A DNA stretch of 23,350 nucleotides from Planctomycetota bacterium (GCA_043803805.1 JAZDJP010000040.1:1-23350); one strand, 5' to 3'. Shown: positions 13,996-23,350, numbered from the stretch's first letter. The notes: generated by a model not told the origin, from the letters alone. A program made the numbers and translations.

Positions 13996-16563
13996 ATGAA
14001 AAGATTTTACCGGGTGAAGGCGAAGGGGCTCGTTGCTCTGGCGGTACTTTTGGTGTTTTCCGGTAATGGATCCATGGTTGTTTGGGGGGCGGGAGCGGCG
14101 CCGGCGCCGGTCGCGGAAACCGGGCAGACGATTCTTGGCGGAGGCGGCTATTTCCGCGCGTTCGCCATGTGGCGGGATTCGGGAACGGGGATATTGAAGG
14201 GCTTGAAATCCGCGCCGCCATCGGAAGGCTGGATACAGCCCGATTTCGACGATCAAAACTGGTACCGCTCGGCAGGGCCGCTCACGGGCGAGGATGTCTT
14301 TTCCCACGGGGCGAACGAACCCAGGCTCGCCTTCTGCGGTCTTTTGTGCCTGAGGGGTAAATTCAGGGTGGAAAAACCGGGCTCGGTGACGGGGCTCGAT
14401 TTGAGTTTGAAGTTCCGCGGCGGGGCCGTGGTGTACCTCAATGGCAAAGAAGTCGCCCGGGGAGAGATGCCGGACGGCGCAACGGCGCCCGAGGCCCCCG
14501 GCAAGCCTTATTCGGACGAGAATTACACTGCCGGAACGTTGGAGAGAAGCCTCGGCCCGGTTCGCGTTCCTGTCAGTCAACTTCGTCAGGGCGTCAATGT
14601 CCTGGCGATCGAGATTCATGGAAGCGACTTCACCGCGGCGAAATCGGTTGCGTCCGGATCGAAGAAGGCGCGCGAAACGTCGTTGGCCGGTTTGTGCGGG
14701 CTCAAACTTTCGGCCGCCGGCTCGGGCATCGTTCCCAACGTGGATCGGCCTGCCGGGTTCCGGGTTTTCAATATAGATTCCCATCAGGTCTTTACCATAA
14801 TGGAATACGGGGATCCCTGCGAGCCGGTGAAACCCATCCGTCTCGGAGGCGCGAGGAACGGGAGTTATTCCGGAGCGGTCGTGGCATCCTCGACGGCGGC
14901 CATCGACGGACTCAAAGCGGTCGTTTCCGACCTGGCGCAGGCCGGTGGAACCGCGAGGATTCCCGCCGCGAGCGTCGAAATCCGCTACGGAACTCCGGCC
15001 GACCGTGATCATGTGGGCAAGGTAGGCTTGGCCAAGGAGACTTACCGGTGGACGATTCCGCCCTCCTTCTCGGGGCTTGACCGGGAGCCGCCCGGGAGCG
15101 TCGTCCCCGGGGGGTTACCGGTTGACTCGGCGGAGAGGGTGGAACTCGGCCTTCCGGCAAAGCCGACGCCCGGCGCGGTCGTGCCCGTGTGGGTCACGGT
15201 CAACGTGCCCAAGACGATTCCAGCCGGCAAATATGCCGGCAGCCTTACGATTACGGCAACCGGCGCGCCGGAGACGAAAGTCCCCGTGGAAGTGGAGGTG
15301 GTCGAGTGGACGATCCCGGATGTAAAGAAGACCTTCGTCGGCATCTACCAGTCTCCCGAGAGCCTGGCCAGCATGTACAAGGTTCCCCTGTGGTCCGATG
15401 CGCACTGGAAGCTGATGGAGGAATCGTTCAATCTGATGGGGAAGGCGTACAACAATTTGCTGATGCTTCCGTTGCTGGAGAAGAGCCAGACCGGCAATGA
15501 GGAGAGTTTGATCTTCTGGATGAAGCAACCCGACGGATCCTTCACGTTCGACTATGCGAATTTCGACAGGATGCTGGGTCTTGCGACGAGGTACTGCACG
15601 TTGAGGGTTGTCGTCGCCCAGTTGACTCACGGCCCCTACATGGCGGAGTGGGGCACGACCAAACTGAAAAACCCGGAGGGCGCGGAGTCGGTTTTCTCTG
15701 GTATCCGGAGCGTCACGCTGAAGGACGCCTCCGGCAAGCTTTCCTCCATGAGGCTCATGGACTATGGCACCCCGGAGAGCAAGGCCGCGCTCAAGACCCT
15801 GACCGACGGGATCCGGGGCAAGTTGAAAGCCAAGGGGATCGAGGGATCCTTAACCTTCGGCACCAATCAAGATACGGGTATGGACAAGGAAACGGCGGAC
15901 TTCTTCAAGGACATCCAGCCGCAGGTGAAATGGCACTACGCGGCGCACGGCTGCAGGACCATCCCTCTTTATGCGTATGTCGAGTATCTCTATGTGGACA
16001 ATTGGTTGCCAGAATCGTTGGAGAAACGCAGGGACAGGAAAGCTGATCCCGGGACGATCATCGTTATGAGCCAGAGGATTTCGTGCGCGGGACAGCCGAT
16101 TTCGGTCTTCCGCACGATGATGGAGCGCGCCGGCATCCTGGGTGACAACGGCGCCGGTCGCATGGGCATGGACTACTGGAGTTTTCCAAAGGGCCAGGGA
16201 GGCTCGGGCTGGTCGGGGACCTACCTCGGCCGCTGGCCGAACTCCACACCCGGACAGAGGTGTCCGCATGTGGGCGCCATTGCCCTGCCGGGAAAGAACG
16301 GCCCGATTTCTTCTTCCAAGCTTGAAGCGCTACGGGAAGGCGTTCAGGAAAACGAGGCGCTGGTTTTCATGCGTGAGGCGCTGGAAGGCGGCAAGATCAG
16401 CGGAGAATTGGCTGATCGGGTCCGGGCGTTTCAGGAGGCGCGATTCCAGTATTGCCGGATGATTCACGGAAGCGTGGCCGAACCGCGCGCGGCTTGTGAC
16501 GGTGGTCGTTTTGCGCGTTCGATGGCTTTGTACCGCCTCGTTGCGGAGGTGGCCGGCAAGTAA
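13996..16563 (+). CDS. Large secreted putative glycoside hydrolase: signal peptide, an N-terminal galactose-binding-like beta-sandwich, and a central/C-terminal region resembling the DUF4091/GH123-like catalytic domain
   Basis: Signal peptide MKRFYRVKAKGLVALAVLLVFSG (GGAGG lies 9 nt upstream of ATG 13996; the ATG at 13987 has no spacer). EGWIQPDFDDQNWYRSAGP resembles the GH2-type sugar-binding domain. IFWMKQPDGSFTFDYANFDRMLGLA resembles the DUF4091 TIM-barrel region. The family assignment is tentative. Confidence 0.75.
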   Translation: MKRFYRVKAKGLVALAVLLVFSGNGSMVVWGAGAAPAPVAETGQTILGGGGYFRAFAMWRDSGTGILKGLKSAPPSEGWIQPDFDDQNWYRSAGPLTGEDVFSHGANEPRLAFCGLLCLRGKFRVEKPGSVTGLDLSLKFRGGAVVYLNGKEVARGEMPDGATAPEAPGKPYSDENYTAGTLERSLGPVRVPVSQLRQGVNVLAIEIHGSDFTAAKSVASGSKKARETSLAGLCGLKLSAAGSGIVPNVDRPAGFRVFNIDSHQVFTIMEYGDPCEPVKPIRLGGARNGSYSGAVVASSTAAIDGLKAVVSDLAQAGGTARIPAASVEIRYGTPADRDHVGKVGLAKETYRWTIPPSFSGLDREPPGSVVPGGLPVDSAERVELGLPAKPTPGAVVPVWVTVNVPKTIPAGKYAGSLTITATGAPETKVPVEVEVVEWTIPDVKKTFVGIYQSPESLASMYKVPLWSDAHWKLMEESFNLMGKAYNNLLMLPLLEKSQTGNEESLIFWMKQPDGSFTFDYANFDRMLGLATRYCTLRVVVAQLTHGPYMAEWGTTKLKNPEGAESVFSGIRSVTLKDASGKLSSMRLMDYGTPESKAALKTLTDGIRGKLKAKGIEGSLTFGTNQDTGMDKETADFFKDIQPQVKWHYAAHGCRTIPLYAYVEYLYVDNWLPESLEKRRDRKADPGTIIVMSQRISCAGQPISVFRTMMERAGILGDNGAGRMGMDYWSFPKGQGGSGWSGTYLGRWPNSTPGQRCPHVGAIALPGKNGPISSSKLEALREGVQENEALVFMREALEGGKISGELADRVRAFQEARFQYCRMIHGSVAEPRAACDGGRFARSMALYRLVAEVAGK

Positions 16564-16588
16564 AAAATCGTAACGGTATTTATCGCGT

Positions 16589-16617
16589 TTGACAGAGTCT
16601 TTTAAGTGCGGTATGAT
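16589..16617 (+). promoter_or_regulatory. Near-consensus sigma-70 promoter: -35 TTGACA (16589-16594), 17-nt spacer, -10 TATGAT (16612-16617)
   Basis: Read directly from the sequence; lies 60 nt upstream of the start of the first gene of the BNR/GH operon (16679), which has SD AAGGAGG at 16665-16671. Confidence 0.6.
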
Positions 16618-16678
16618 GAATTAGTCACGATGCTGGCGGTCTGGTTGTTCTGGTGGGCGTTATCAAGGAGGCGTCTTT

Positions 16679-18865
16679 ATGGATACGACAGGTCAAGGGC
16701 GGGCTGTTTTGTTTGCCGGGTTGGTGTTTGCCTCTCTTGGAGTTGGCGCCGGAGCGCGCGGGGCCGAGGCGGTTCAGGTCCTCTATGATTTTGAGCCCGG
16801 CGAAAAGAAGCTGAATGGCCCCAAGGCGCAGAAAGGCGAGGCCTCCCATGGGGAGTACGCGCTCTTCGTGGACATGAAGCAGACGGGCGGCGGCCGGATG
16901 GACCAGTATTGCCCGGTAAGCCCCGAGCCCAACCAGATGAAGGCGCTTCCGAGTCTCATGGCCATGCCGCCGAGCAACGACTACCACGATATCATGCAGT
17001 GGTACTACGAACGCTACTGCGCCATTTTGGATGAGTGCGGCGTGGCCAACATGATGGAACAACCGCTCCGGGACTGGTCAGGTTATGACCGTTTGCGATT
17101 CGATGTCTACGCCAAGGAAGCGCCCGTCATTCTGGCCTTGAGCGTCCGCGACGGCACGGGACCCCGGTTTCGCATCGGCTTCACGGGCATGCGATCGGGA
17201 AACGCCATCTTCAACGTTCCCGCGGGAAAATGGGTGACCTGCGAGTTTCCGCTCAAGGAAATGGCCCGCCTGGGAGAGTTGGATCTTCAGAAGGCCCAGG
17301 GATTCTTCCTGCACTTCAACGGCTTCCAGGGAAATACGCCGCTGTATATTGACTACTTCCGGCTGGTGGCCACCGGCGCCGAGAAAAAAACAAAGACCGA
17401 TGTGCTGGCGCCCTCCAATACACTGACGGCCCGTTTGTACAAAGTCGTCAAGACACCTCTCCCCGCGAAGTATCCGGAGAAGCTCAAGCGCGATGTCTCC
17501 CCGGTGGAGAATCTGGGCCCCGTCACGGTAACCGACCACGGCGGCTTCGGCAGGTCGGGCGTCACCTATTGTCAGACCGTGCGCCAGGGCGTGGTGTGCT
17601 ACGACAATCAGCGCATCGCGTTCCTGTCGAAGGACGGCGGCAACAAGACATCCCGCAAGATCAATCCCGACAGCGTCGGCGGAGGAGGCATTTACGCCCA
17701 CGCCTCCTTCGATGGAGGCAGGACGTGGGGCGGAATCACTCCGGACGAGAAGGTGGCCACCAACCTCAACACGTGGTACGATCGTAGCGGGGCCTCGGCG
17801 GATTACGCCACCGGGCAGATTTTCCTCGTGGGCACCGAGAACTGCCAGAGTTACATGGGCGGCTACGACACCTTTTTCCGGTCTCTGGATTTCACCGGAG
17901 AGAAATGGGACATCGGGCGCATCGCCATGATTGACGGCAACATGCAAAAATGCCCATGGTGGTGCCATGTGCTCCGGACGGAGAACGGACGTCTGTGGGC
18001 CTGCTGGTGCGACGGGCGCGTTACCCGCCAGGGAATCGGCTTTCCGCACAAATACTCCGACGACGGCGGCCTGACCTGGCTCCCGGCACGGAACGGGGAT
18101 TCGAAAGAACTCCCCCACCCGTTCTACAAGCCGGACCTCAACGATCTGGACAAGGCCCATGAGAAGGCCCCGGACAAGGTCATTCTTCTGCCCGGAGAAT
18201 TCATCCCCGGCCCGATGATGACGTCGTACAAGGGTTCCCTGGCCTCCGTATCGTACACGGGTACGCAGTGGTCAATACACGACGGCAAGGATTGGGATGT
18301 GACCGTGCACGATATTAAAAACTCCGGGAATTGGAAAAAAATCCCCGCCTTCGGGAAATCGAGGGATTACTCGGAGTGCACCGTAACCTCGGTTCAGGAC
18401 AAACACATCTTTGTCTGCAAGGGAGGCGCTTACCAGTTCAGTTTTCATGAGAAGGATGTTGGCCGCGGCAACACGACCGTGGAAAGCCTTGAGGCAAGAC
18501 AGCAGACCGATCTGGCCGTCGCCCATTGGGACGGAGACGCCGGGGCGTGGACGAGCGACGTATTGGAGACGGAGGGTGTCTGGGAAAGCATTCTGACGGC
18601 CAGCGGCGACGCGGTCTTTTGTTTTTATGTGAAGGTCGAGAAGCGGGACGACACCAAGAAGAAGTGGGTGGTTTATTATCGCCGCTGGGCCGGCGGCAAG
18701 TGGGGTGACGCGGTCAAGCTGGCCGAGGATGCGGTTCGAATCAACCGTCTGGCCGCGGCGCAACGCTGTCCTCCCAGCTACGCCGCGATCCTCTGGGATC
18801 ATCTGGTTCGAAAGGATGAGACCGGGCCGGACGGCATCCGGTTCATGCGGGTGGCGAATAAATGA
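16679..18865 (+). CDS. Secreted protein with an N-terminal CBM-like (CBM11/CIA30-like?) domain of about 220 aa followed by a BNR/Asp-box beta-propeller (sialidase-like fold)
   Basis: Signal peptide with an AGA cleavage-like site; Asp-box motifs SFDGGRTWG and YSDDGGLTWLP; the N-terminal domain runs VQVLYDFEPGE...LYIDYFRLV; the stop overlaps the next gene start (ATGA at 18862). Confidence 0.85.
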   Translation: MDTTGQGRAVLFAGLVFASLGVGAGARGAEAVQVLYDFEPGEKKLNGPKAQKGEASHGEYALFVDMKQTGGGRMDQYCPVSPEPNQMKALPSLMAMPPSNDYHDIMQWYYERYCAILDECGVANMMEQPLRDWSGYDRLRFDVYAKEAPVILALSVRDGTGPRFRIGFTGMRSGNAIFNVPAGKWVTCEFPLKEMARLGELDLQKAQGFFLHFNGFQGNTPLYIDYFRLVATGAEKKTKTDVLAPSNTLTARLYKVVKTPLPAKYPEKLKRDVSPVENLGPVTVTDHGGFGRSGVTYCQTVRQGVVCYDNQRIAFLSKDGGNKTSRKINPDSVGGGGIYAHASFDGGRTWGGITPDEKVATNLNTWYDRSGASADYATGQIFLVGTENCQSYMGGYDTFFRSLDFTGEKWDIGRIAMIDGNMQKCPWWCHVLRTENGRLWACWCDGRVTRQGIGFPHKYSDDGGLTWLPARNGDSKELPHPFYKPDLNDLDKAHEKAPDKVILLPGEFIPGPMMTSYKGSLASVSYTGTQWSIHDGKDWDVTVHDIKNSGNWKKIPAFGKSRDYSECTVTSVQDKHIFVCKGGAYQFSFHEKDVGRGNTTVESLEARQQTDLAVAHWDGDAGAWTSDVLETEGVWESILTASGDAVFCFYVKVEKRDDTKKKWVVYYRRWAGGKWGDAVKLAEDAVRINRLAAAQRCPPSYAAILWDHLVRKDETGPDGIRFMRVANK

Positions 18866-20637
18866 TGACCAAAGGCATTTTGGATCAGGTTTGCGCCGCC
18901 CTGGGCGGGCAATGCGATTTCGCGCGGGCCGATGTTTCGTTCAGTCCGTTTTACTCCGATCTGGGACTGGGTTTCAACGACGCCGTCCCCGGCATCGCGC
19001 AACTTTTTCTGCACTACAACCGCCGCACGACATCCCTGGGTGCGCCTTTTCTGAAGTTGGACGACGCGCTCATCGGTTCCGAGCGTACGCCGGTGAGCGT
19101 GCGGCAGGTGTTCGCGTCCGGACAGGCCGAGTACGCTTTTTGCGGACACAATACCTGGCTGGCGCGGGTGCGGTGCCCGCGGATCGTGGAGTTTTCGTTC
19201 GGCGCTCCGGAGATGATCGAGTTGCGGGTGACGGAAATCGCGAACCAGCGCATCTTCGATGGCTACCTGTCCAATCAGGACAAACGGGATCCCGATGTTG
19301 CCTTTCCCTTTGTCCTGGGGTTGCGGGTGTTGAAAGGCCGGTTGAGCGGCTCGGGAGCGATGGGACATCCGCTACGGTTTTCCCCCGACGCGCAGGGCGA
19401 ACTTCTGATTTGCTTCTCGGCGTCCTGCCTGGAAGTCGGGCACGAGCGCCTCGAGCAGAGGCTGGCGGAGGCCCCGGTGGATTTTGCGGAGGCCGTGGCG
19501 CGTTCCCGCCGCTGGCTGACACAGGCGCTGGGGAATCTGGATTTCAGCCGCGCGCAACCGCGAGAGCGCGCGGTTCTGGCGAAGGCGGCCTGCGCGTTGG
19601 CTTTCAATGCCTGCAGGGCGCCGGGACTGCTGGGCGGACGGGTGTCGCTTTTTCCCAATCGCGGCCGTTACCCCACGCACTACATGTGGGATTCGTGTTT
19701 TCAAAACCTGGCCCTGGAACATATGGATCCGCAACTGGCGCCGGATTCCCTCCTGTTGTTGACCGAGAACCAGCGCGTTGACGGCAAGCTCGGTCATTTC
19801 CTCTGTTCGACCTGGATGCGGCCGCATGAAAGCCAGCCGGCCCTGGTGGGCTGGGCCGCCTTGCGGCTGGTGGAGCAACGTAGCGATCTCAATTTCGCGC
19901 GACGCATCCTGCCGGCCTTGCTGAAAAATAACCGCTGGTGGTTGCAACAGAGGATGACGCGCTTCGGGTTGATCAGTTCCCCCGGTCCGCTCGAAACCGG
20001 TTGGGATGACACGCCGCGGCAGGACCAGGGCGCAATCCTGGCGCTGGACATGAACACCTATGTGCTGCTGCAGATGCGGGCGTGCGCCGTGCTGGCGCGC
20101 CGCCTGGGGGACGAGAACACCGCCGCCGATTGCGAGCGGCAATCCCGGGATTTCGGCCGGCGTCTGGTGGATGTGTTCTACGATCCCGCGGACAACCTGT
20201 TCAAAGACGTCATGCTGTCCACGGGCGAGAGATTGCCTTTGAAAACGCCGGCCTGTTTCATTCCGTTGCTGGCCGACCTTCCGTTGCCGCCGGAACGCAT
20301 TCGGGCGATGATCGAAAACAGCCTGCTCGATCCCAGGCATTTTTTTGGCGCGGTGCCGTTTCCTTCCGTGGCCTATGACGAAGTGGTCTATGAGGCGGAA
20401 ACGTGGTGGCGTGGCCCGACTTGGATTCCGATCGCCTATCTGATGCTGGAGGTTCTGCGCAGACACGGTTTCGATCAGCCGGCGCGGATCGCAGCGAAGC
20501 GGCTTTACGACATGCTGATCGCCGACGGCAATCTGCGGGAGTTGTTCAATTCCCGGACGGGCGAAGGCATGGGCGCCTACGAGCAAGGCTGGACCGCCGC
20601 CATCTGTCTGCGCTTGTACATTGAACTGAACGCATAA
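18862..20637 (+). CDS. Cytoplasmic (alpha/alpha)6-barrel glycoside hydrolase, GH63/GH37-like (clan GH-G: mannosylglycerate/glucosylglycerate hydrolase, trehalase or debranching-enzyme C-terminal-like)
   Basis: PNRGRYPTHYMWDSCF fits the GH37/GH63 G-R-[FY]-x-x-x-Y-x-W-D-[ST]-x-F signature; C-terminal EQGWTAAICL; no signal peptide; translationally coupled to the upstream gene. Confidence 0.8.
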   Translation: MMTKGILDQVCAALGGQCDFARADVSFSPFYSDLGLGFNDAVPGIAQLFLHYNRRTTSLGAPFLKLDDALIGSERTPVSVRQVFASGQAEYAFCGHNTWLARVRCPRIVEFSFGAPEMIELRVTEIANQRIFDGYLSNQDKRDPDVAFPFVLGLRVLKGRLSGSGAMGHPLRFSPDAQGELLICFSASCLEVGHERLEQRLAEAPVDFAEAVARSRRWLTQALGNLDFSRAQPRERAVLAKAACALAFNACRAPGLLGGRVSLFPNRGRYPTHYMWDSCFQNLALEHMDPQLAPDSLLLLTENQRVDGKLGHFLCSTWMRPHESQPALVGWAALRLVEQRSDLNFARRILPALLKNNRWWLQQRMTRFGLISSPGPLETGWDDTPRQDQGAILALDMNTYVLLQMRACAVLARRLGDENTAADCERQSRDFGRRLVDVFYDPADNLFKDVMLSTGERLPLKTPACFIPLLADLPLPPERIRAMIENSLLDPRHFFGAVPFPSVAYDEVVYEAETWWRGPTWIPIAYLMLEVLRRHGFDQPARIAAKRLYDMLIADGNLRELFNSRTGEGMGAYEQGWTAAICLRLYIELNA

Positions 20638-20651
20638 GGAAAGGAGAAGTT

Positions 20652-21923
20652 ATGAGCCAGAAGAAAATGAAGTCCGGTGGAAAACCGATTCGCCTGGGGG
20701 TTGTCGGCGTCGGCCGCGGGCGGTCGTTCGCGCGTGGCGCGGCGACGGCGGGGATGGAACTGGTCGCCCTGTGCGACACGTGGGAGGAAAAACTCAACGA
20801 AGTCGGCCGGGAGCTCGGCGTCACGACTTACACCGATTTCGGCAAGATGCTGGAACACGACCTCGACGCGGTGGTGCTGGCGAATTATTTTCACCAGCAC
20901 GCGCCGCTCGCCATCCAGGCGATGGCGGCGGGGAAGCACGTGATGTCCGAGTGCGCATCCTGCTTCACGCTGGCGGAAGGCGTGGCGCTCATCCGCGCCG
21001 TGGAGAAGTCCAGGAAGATTTACATGATTGCCGAGAATTATCCCTACTCCGCCTACAACCAGGAGATGCGCCGGTTGTACCAGGCGGGAAAGATCGGCGA
21101 GTTCGTCTATGGCGAAGGCGAGTACGTCCATTGCGAGAGCGCGGATGTCTGGGCGTGGCTGGCGCCCGGAATCAAGCATTGGCGCGGCTGGCTCCCCGCG
21201 ACGTACTATTGCACCCACGCATTGGCGCCGCTCATGTTCATTACCGATACGCGGCCCGTCAAGGTCAACAGTTTCATCATGCCCTGTCACCCGGATGATC
21301 CGGTCTTCCGAAGGTTGCCGCGTTTCAGCGACGCCGCTTCGATGATCGTCTGCCGGATGGACAACGGCGCATGGGTGAAGCTCCTGCAGGTTTATTTGCG
21401 CGGACACGGTTCCTGGGTTCGCGTCCACGGATCGCGCGGCCACATGGAAAACATGCGGTTCGGCGACCGGAATTGGCTGCGCCTGAACCGCGAGCAGTTC
21501 CATGAGAAAAAGACGGGGCCGGTCGAGCAGATCTATCGTCCGGAATTCCCGGCCGTTCACCAAAAGATGGCGAAAAAGGCGGGGCATGGCGGCGGCGATT
21601 ACTTCACCAATTTCCATTTCGCCGAGGCCATCCGGAAAAACGAGCCGCCCTACCTGGACGTCTATCGCGGCGTGGCGATGTCCATCATCGGGCCGCTCGG
21701 ATATCGTGCGGCGCTTCAGGGCGGCGTGACGCTGGAGGTGCCCGACTTCCGGAAAGAGGCGGCCCGCAAGAAATACGAAAACGACCATTGGGCGCCCGAT
21801 CCGTTCAACCGGAAGAAGGGCGATCCCTGGCCGAGCATCACGGGGAAAATCACACCGTCGAAGCGGGCGCTGGCGTATGCGCGGAACGTCTGGCGGAATG
21901 AGAACAAATACTTCGGAGAATAA
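20652..21923 (+). CDS. Gfo/Idh/MocA-family NAD(P)-binding oxidoreductase
   Basis: N-terminal Rossmann motif IRLGVVGVGRGRSF and the conserved region AVVLANYFHQHAPLAIQAMAAGKHVMSE; SD AAGGAG 5 nt upstream. Confidence 0.85.
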   Translation: MSQKKMKSGGKPIRLGVVGVGRGRSFARGAATAGMELVALCDTWEEKLNEVGRELGVTTYTDFGKMLEHDLDAVVLANYFHQHAPLAIQAMAAGKHVMSECASCFTLAEGVALIRAVEKSRKIYMIAENYPYSAYNQEMRRLYQAGKIGEFVYGEGEYVHCESADVWAWLAPGIKHWRGWLPATYYCTHALAPLMFITDTRPVKVNSFIMPCHPDDPVFRRLPRFSDAASMIVCRMDNGAWVKLLQVYLRGHGSWVRVHGSRGHMENMRFGDRNWLRLNREQFHEKKTGPVEQIYRPEFPAVHQKMAKKAGHGGGDYFTNFHFAEAIRKNEPPYLDVYRGVAMSIIGPLGYRAALQGGVTLEVPDFRKEAARKKYENDHWAPDPFNRKKGDPWPSITGKITPSKRALAYARNVWRNENKYFGE

Positions 21924-21932
21924 GGAGGAGCC

Positions 21933-23350
21933 ATGTTTTATAAAATGCTGGGTGGTGTGGTTGTTATTGCCGGGCTTTTGATGGTCGCGACGGGCGGAGC
22001 GGTTGCCGCCGAGCCGGTGAAGGTGCTTTACGGTTTTGAGAACGGCAACGATCTGAAGGGCGTGGTGGTTCTCAAAGACCTTGTCGAGAACCACGCCACG
22101 GAAGGGAAACAATCCCTCATGTTCGGTAACGGATACCCCGAGTCCTGGCGTTATATCAAGAGTTATGCGGAAGGCAAACCAACCGGCCTCATGGCGCAAC
22201 CGCCTGTGAAAGGCGCCTACGAAGACGTGCTCGATTGGTTCTACCAGCGCTACGGGTGTGTCCTGGATGACGCGTGCCGCAACCGGGATCGCCAGCTCGA
22301 CTGGAGCAGTTATAGCAGTCTTCGTTTCGATATTTTCAGCGAAAAGGCCCCGGCCGTGCTCGCCACCCGTATATTCGATTCCAACGGCCCGAAGATCCGG
22401 GCTCACTATCTGGGGGTACGAAGCGGGTTGGGGGTTTTCAAGATTCCCCAGGACAAGGAGGTGACGTGCGAATTTCCGATCGTCGAGATGGCGGCGGCCG
22501 CGGAAATGGATCTGTCCAGGATGATGGGTTTCGTTCTCCGGATCAACGGCTTTGAGGGGGAGGCTCTTCTTTATGTGGACAATATCCGCCTGGTGATGAA
22601 GGATGCTGCCGCCGGCGACGCCAAATTCCCGATCATCAAGATGGAAGGGGATGTCAAACCCTACGCGCGGCCGGTCATCTACAATCCGGTCAAGCGAAAC
22701 GCGGAGAAGATGACACCGGTGCGGGGGAAGGTGGAGAAGGTGGGGCCGGTCACCGTTTTCACGGGGAATACCGTTTGGAATGCGTCGGACACGGCGTTCG
22801 GAGGATCGGGAGTGACCTATGCCCAGAGTTTGCGACGGGGATGCGTCGCCTGGGACGACAATCGCCTGTTGGTATTGGTGGGCGCGAACGGTTTGACGGC
22901 GGCGGCGAGTTTTGACGGCGGGAAGACGTGGGGCGGCATCACGCCGGGCGAAAAGGAGCAGACCAAACTGCCGTCCTGGGGTGTGCGGGGTTCCGGCGCC
23001 GCGGACGGCACAGGGGATGCGTACATCATCGGAACGCAGAATTGCTCTTCCTACCATGAAGGGTATGACATTGTGTTCCGGCGTCTGGCGTTCGTCGGAG
23101 AGGGATGGGCGGAGGAGAGGATGTCGCTCATCAGCCAGCATCTCCGGAAATGCCCGTGCGAATCCCGCGCCTGGCGGCTGCCCAATGGGCGGATATGGAC
23201 GGTTTATACCGATGGCTGGGGCGGGTGCGTCGCGAATTTCAGCGACGACGACGGTTACACCTGGGTGCCGTGCAAGGATGCGTCCAAGCCGGTTCCGAGG
23301 CCGTTCTACGAGCCGAATCTCGAAGACTTGAAAAAGCCGGCGGAAGAACA
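21933..23350 (+). CDS. Paralog of 16679-18865: secreted CBM-like N-terminal domain plus BNR/Asp-box beta-propeller protein; 3-prime partial, running off the window end
   Basis: Not listed in the ORF track because no stop falls within the window. SD AGGAGG at 21924-21929 and ATG at 21933. Signal peptide MFYKMLGGVVVIAGLLMVATGGAVAA. Colinear motifs with the paralog: VKVLYGFENG/VQVLYDFEPG, LDWFYQRYGCVLDDAC/MQWYYERYCAILDECG, SFDGGKTWGGITPGEKE/SFDGGRTWGGITPDEKV, FSDDDGYTWVP/YSDDGGLTWLP, RPFYEPNLEDL/HPFYKPDLNDL. Confidence 0.8.
   Translation, partial: MFYKMLGGVVVIAGLLMVATGGAVAAEPVKVLYGFENGNDLKGVVVLKDLVENHATEGKQSLMFGNGYPESWRYIKSYAEGKPTGLMAQPPVKGAYEDVLDWFYQRYGCVLDDACRNRDRQLDWSSYSSLRFDIFSEKAPAVLATRIFDSNGPKIRAHYLGVRSGLGVFKIPQDKEVTCEFPIVEMAAAAEMDLSRMMGFVLRINGFEGEALLYVDNIRLVMKDAAAGDAKFPIIKMEGDVKPYARPVIYNPVKRNAEKMTPVRGKVEKVGPVTVFTGNTVWNASDTAFGGSGVTYAQSLRRGCVAWDDNRLLVLVGANGLTAAASFDGGKTWGGITPGEKEQTKLPSWGVRGSGAADGTGDAYIIGTQNCSSYHEGYDIVFRRLAFVGEGWAEERMSLISQHLRKCPCESRAWRLPNGRIWTVYTDGWGGCVANFSDDDGYTWVPCKDASKPVPRPFYEPNLEDLKKPAEE

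Noticed and set aside
13993-15012. 339-aa minus-strand ORF, and similar antisense ORFs at 15115-15630, 17078-18160, 19372-20586 and 20577-23141
   Set aside because: All are antisense to strongly supported plus-strand CAZyme genes with signal peptides, SDs and recognisable domains. Their compositions are Arg/Gly/Pro-rich and lack domain signatures.
1-23350. Search for tRNA, rRNA, transposase, integrase or toxin-antitoxin genes
   Set aside because: No cloverleaf-compatible segments, rRNA-like conserved blocks, DDE or tyrosine-recombinase motifs, or small paired ORFs typical of toxin-antitoxin systems were recognised. The sequence is not otherwise mobile-element-like apart from the repeat families noted.

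Overview
This is a gene-dense, high-GC (about 63-65%) bacterial chromosomal window. The gene content suggests a PVC-group organism (Verrucomicrobia, Kiritimatiellaeota or Planctomycetes), based on the BlaI/BlaR1 pair with a large repeat sensor, an ECF sigma factor with a TPWTAIR motif, and secreted CAZymes; this is an inference. Reading left to right: (1) a minus-strand ECF sigma factor (936-1682) with a downstream anti-sigma-like ORF that appears frameshifted (269-845); (2) a plus-strand operon of a beta-class carbonic anhydrase-like protein, an NfeD-like membrane protein and a flotillin/SPFH protein (1821-4720); (3) two small membrane-protein ORFs; (4) a run of minus-strand genes: a low-GC ankyrin-repeat protein (5666-6832), a divergent thymidylate-synthase (ThyA)-family enzyme (6922-7905), a SAM methyltransferase-PDZ fusion (8100-9131), a blaR1-like M56 sensor peptidase of 1184 aa with four ISWGQPVNGL sensor repeats (9326-12880) and its blaI-family repressor (12877-13275) with an operator-bearing promoter; (5) a plus-strand carbohydrate-active cluster: a large secreted DUF4091/GH123-like putative glycoside hydrolase (13996-16563), then a tightly packed operon behind a near-consensus sigma-70 promoter comprising a secreted CBM-like+BNR beta-propeller protein, a GH63/GH37-like (alpha/alpha)6 hydrolase, a Gfo/Idh/MocA oxidoreductase and a second CBM-like+BNR paralog that runs off the window end. 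Two previously unrecognised repeat families stand out. The first is a set of intergenic tandem arrays of 8-bp units NNNGACTC/NNNGAGTC at three loci, one as an inverted pair. The second is a family of roughly 28-29-nt perfect palindromes with GTAGGGGC...GCCCCTAC termini in three copies: two bracket the low-GC ankyrin gene and one sits in frame inside blaR1. No rRNA, tRNA, CRISPR or transposase genes were recognised.
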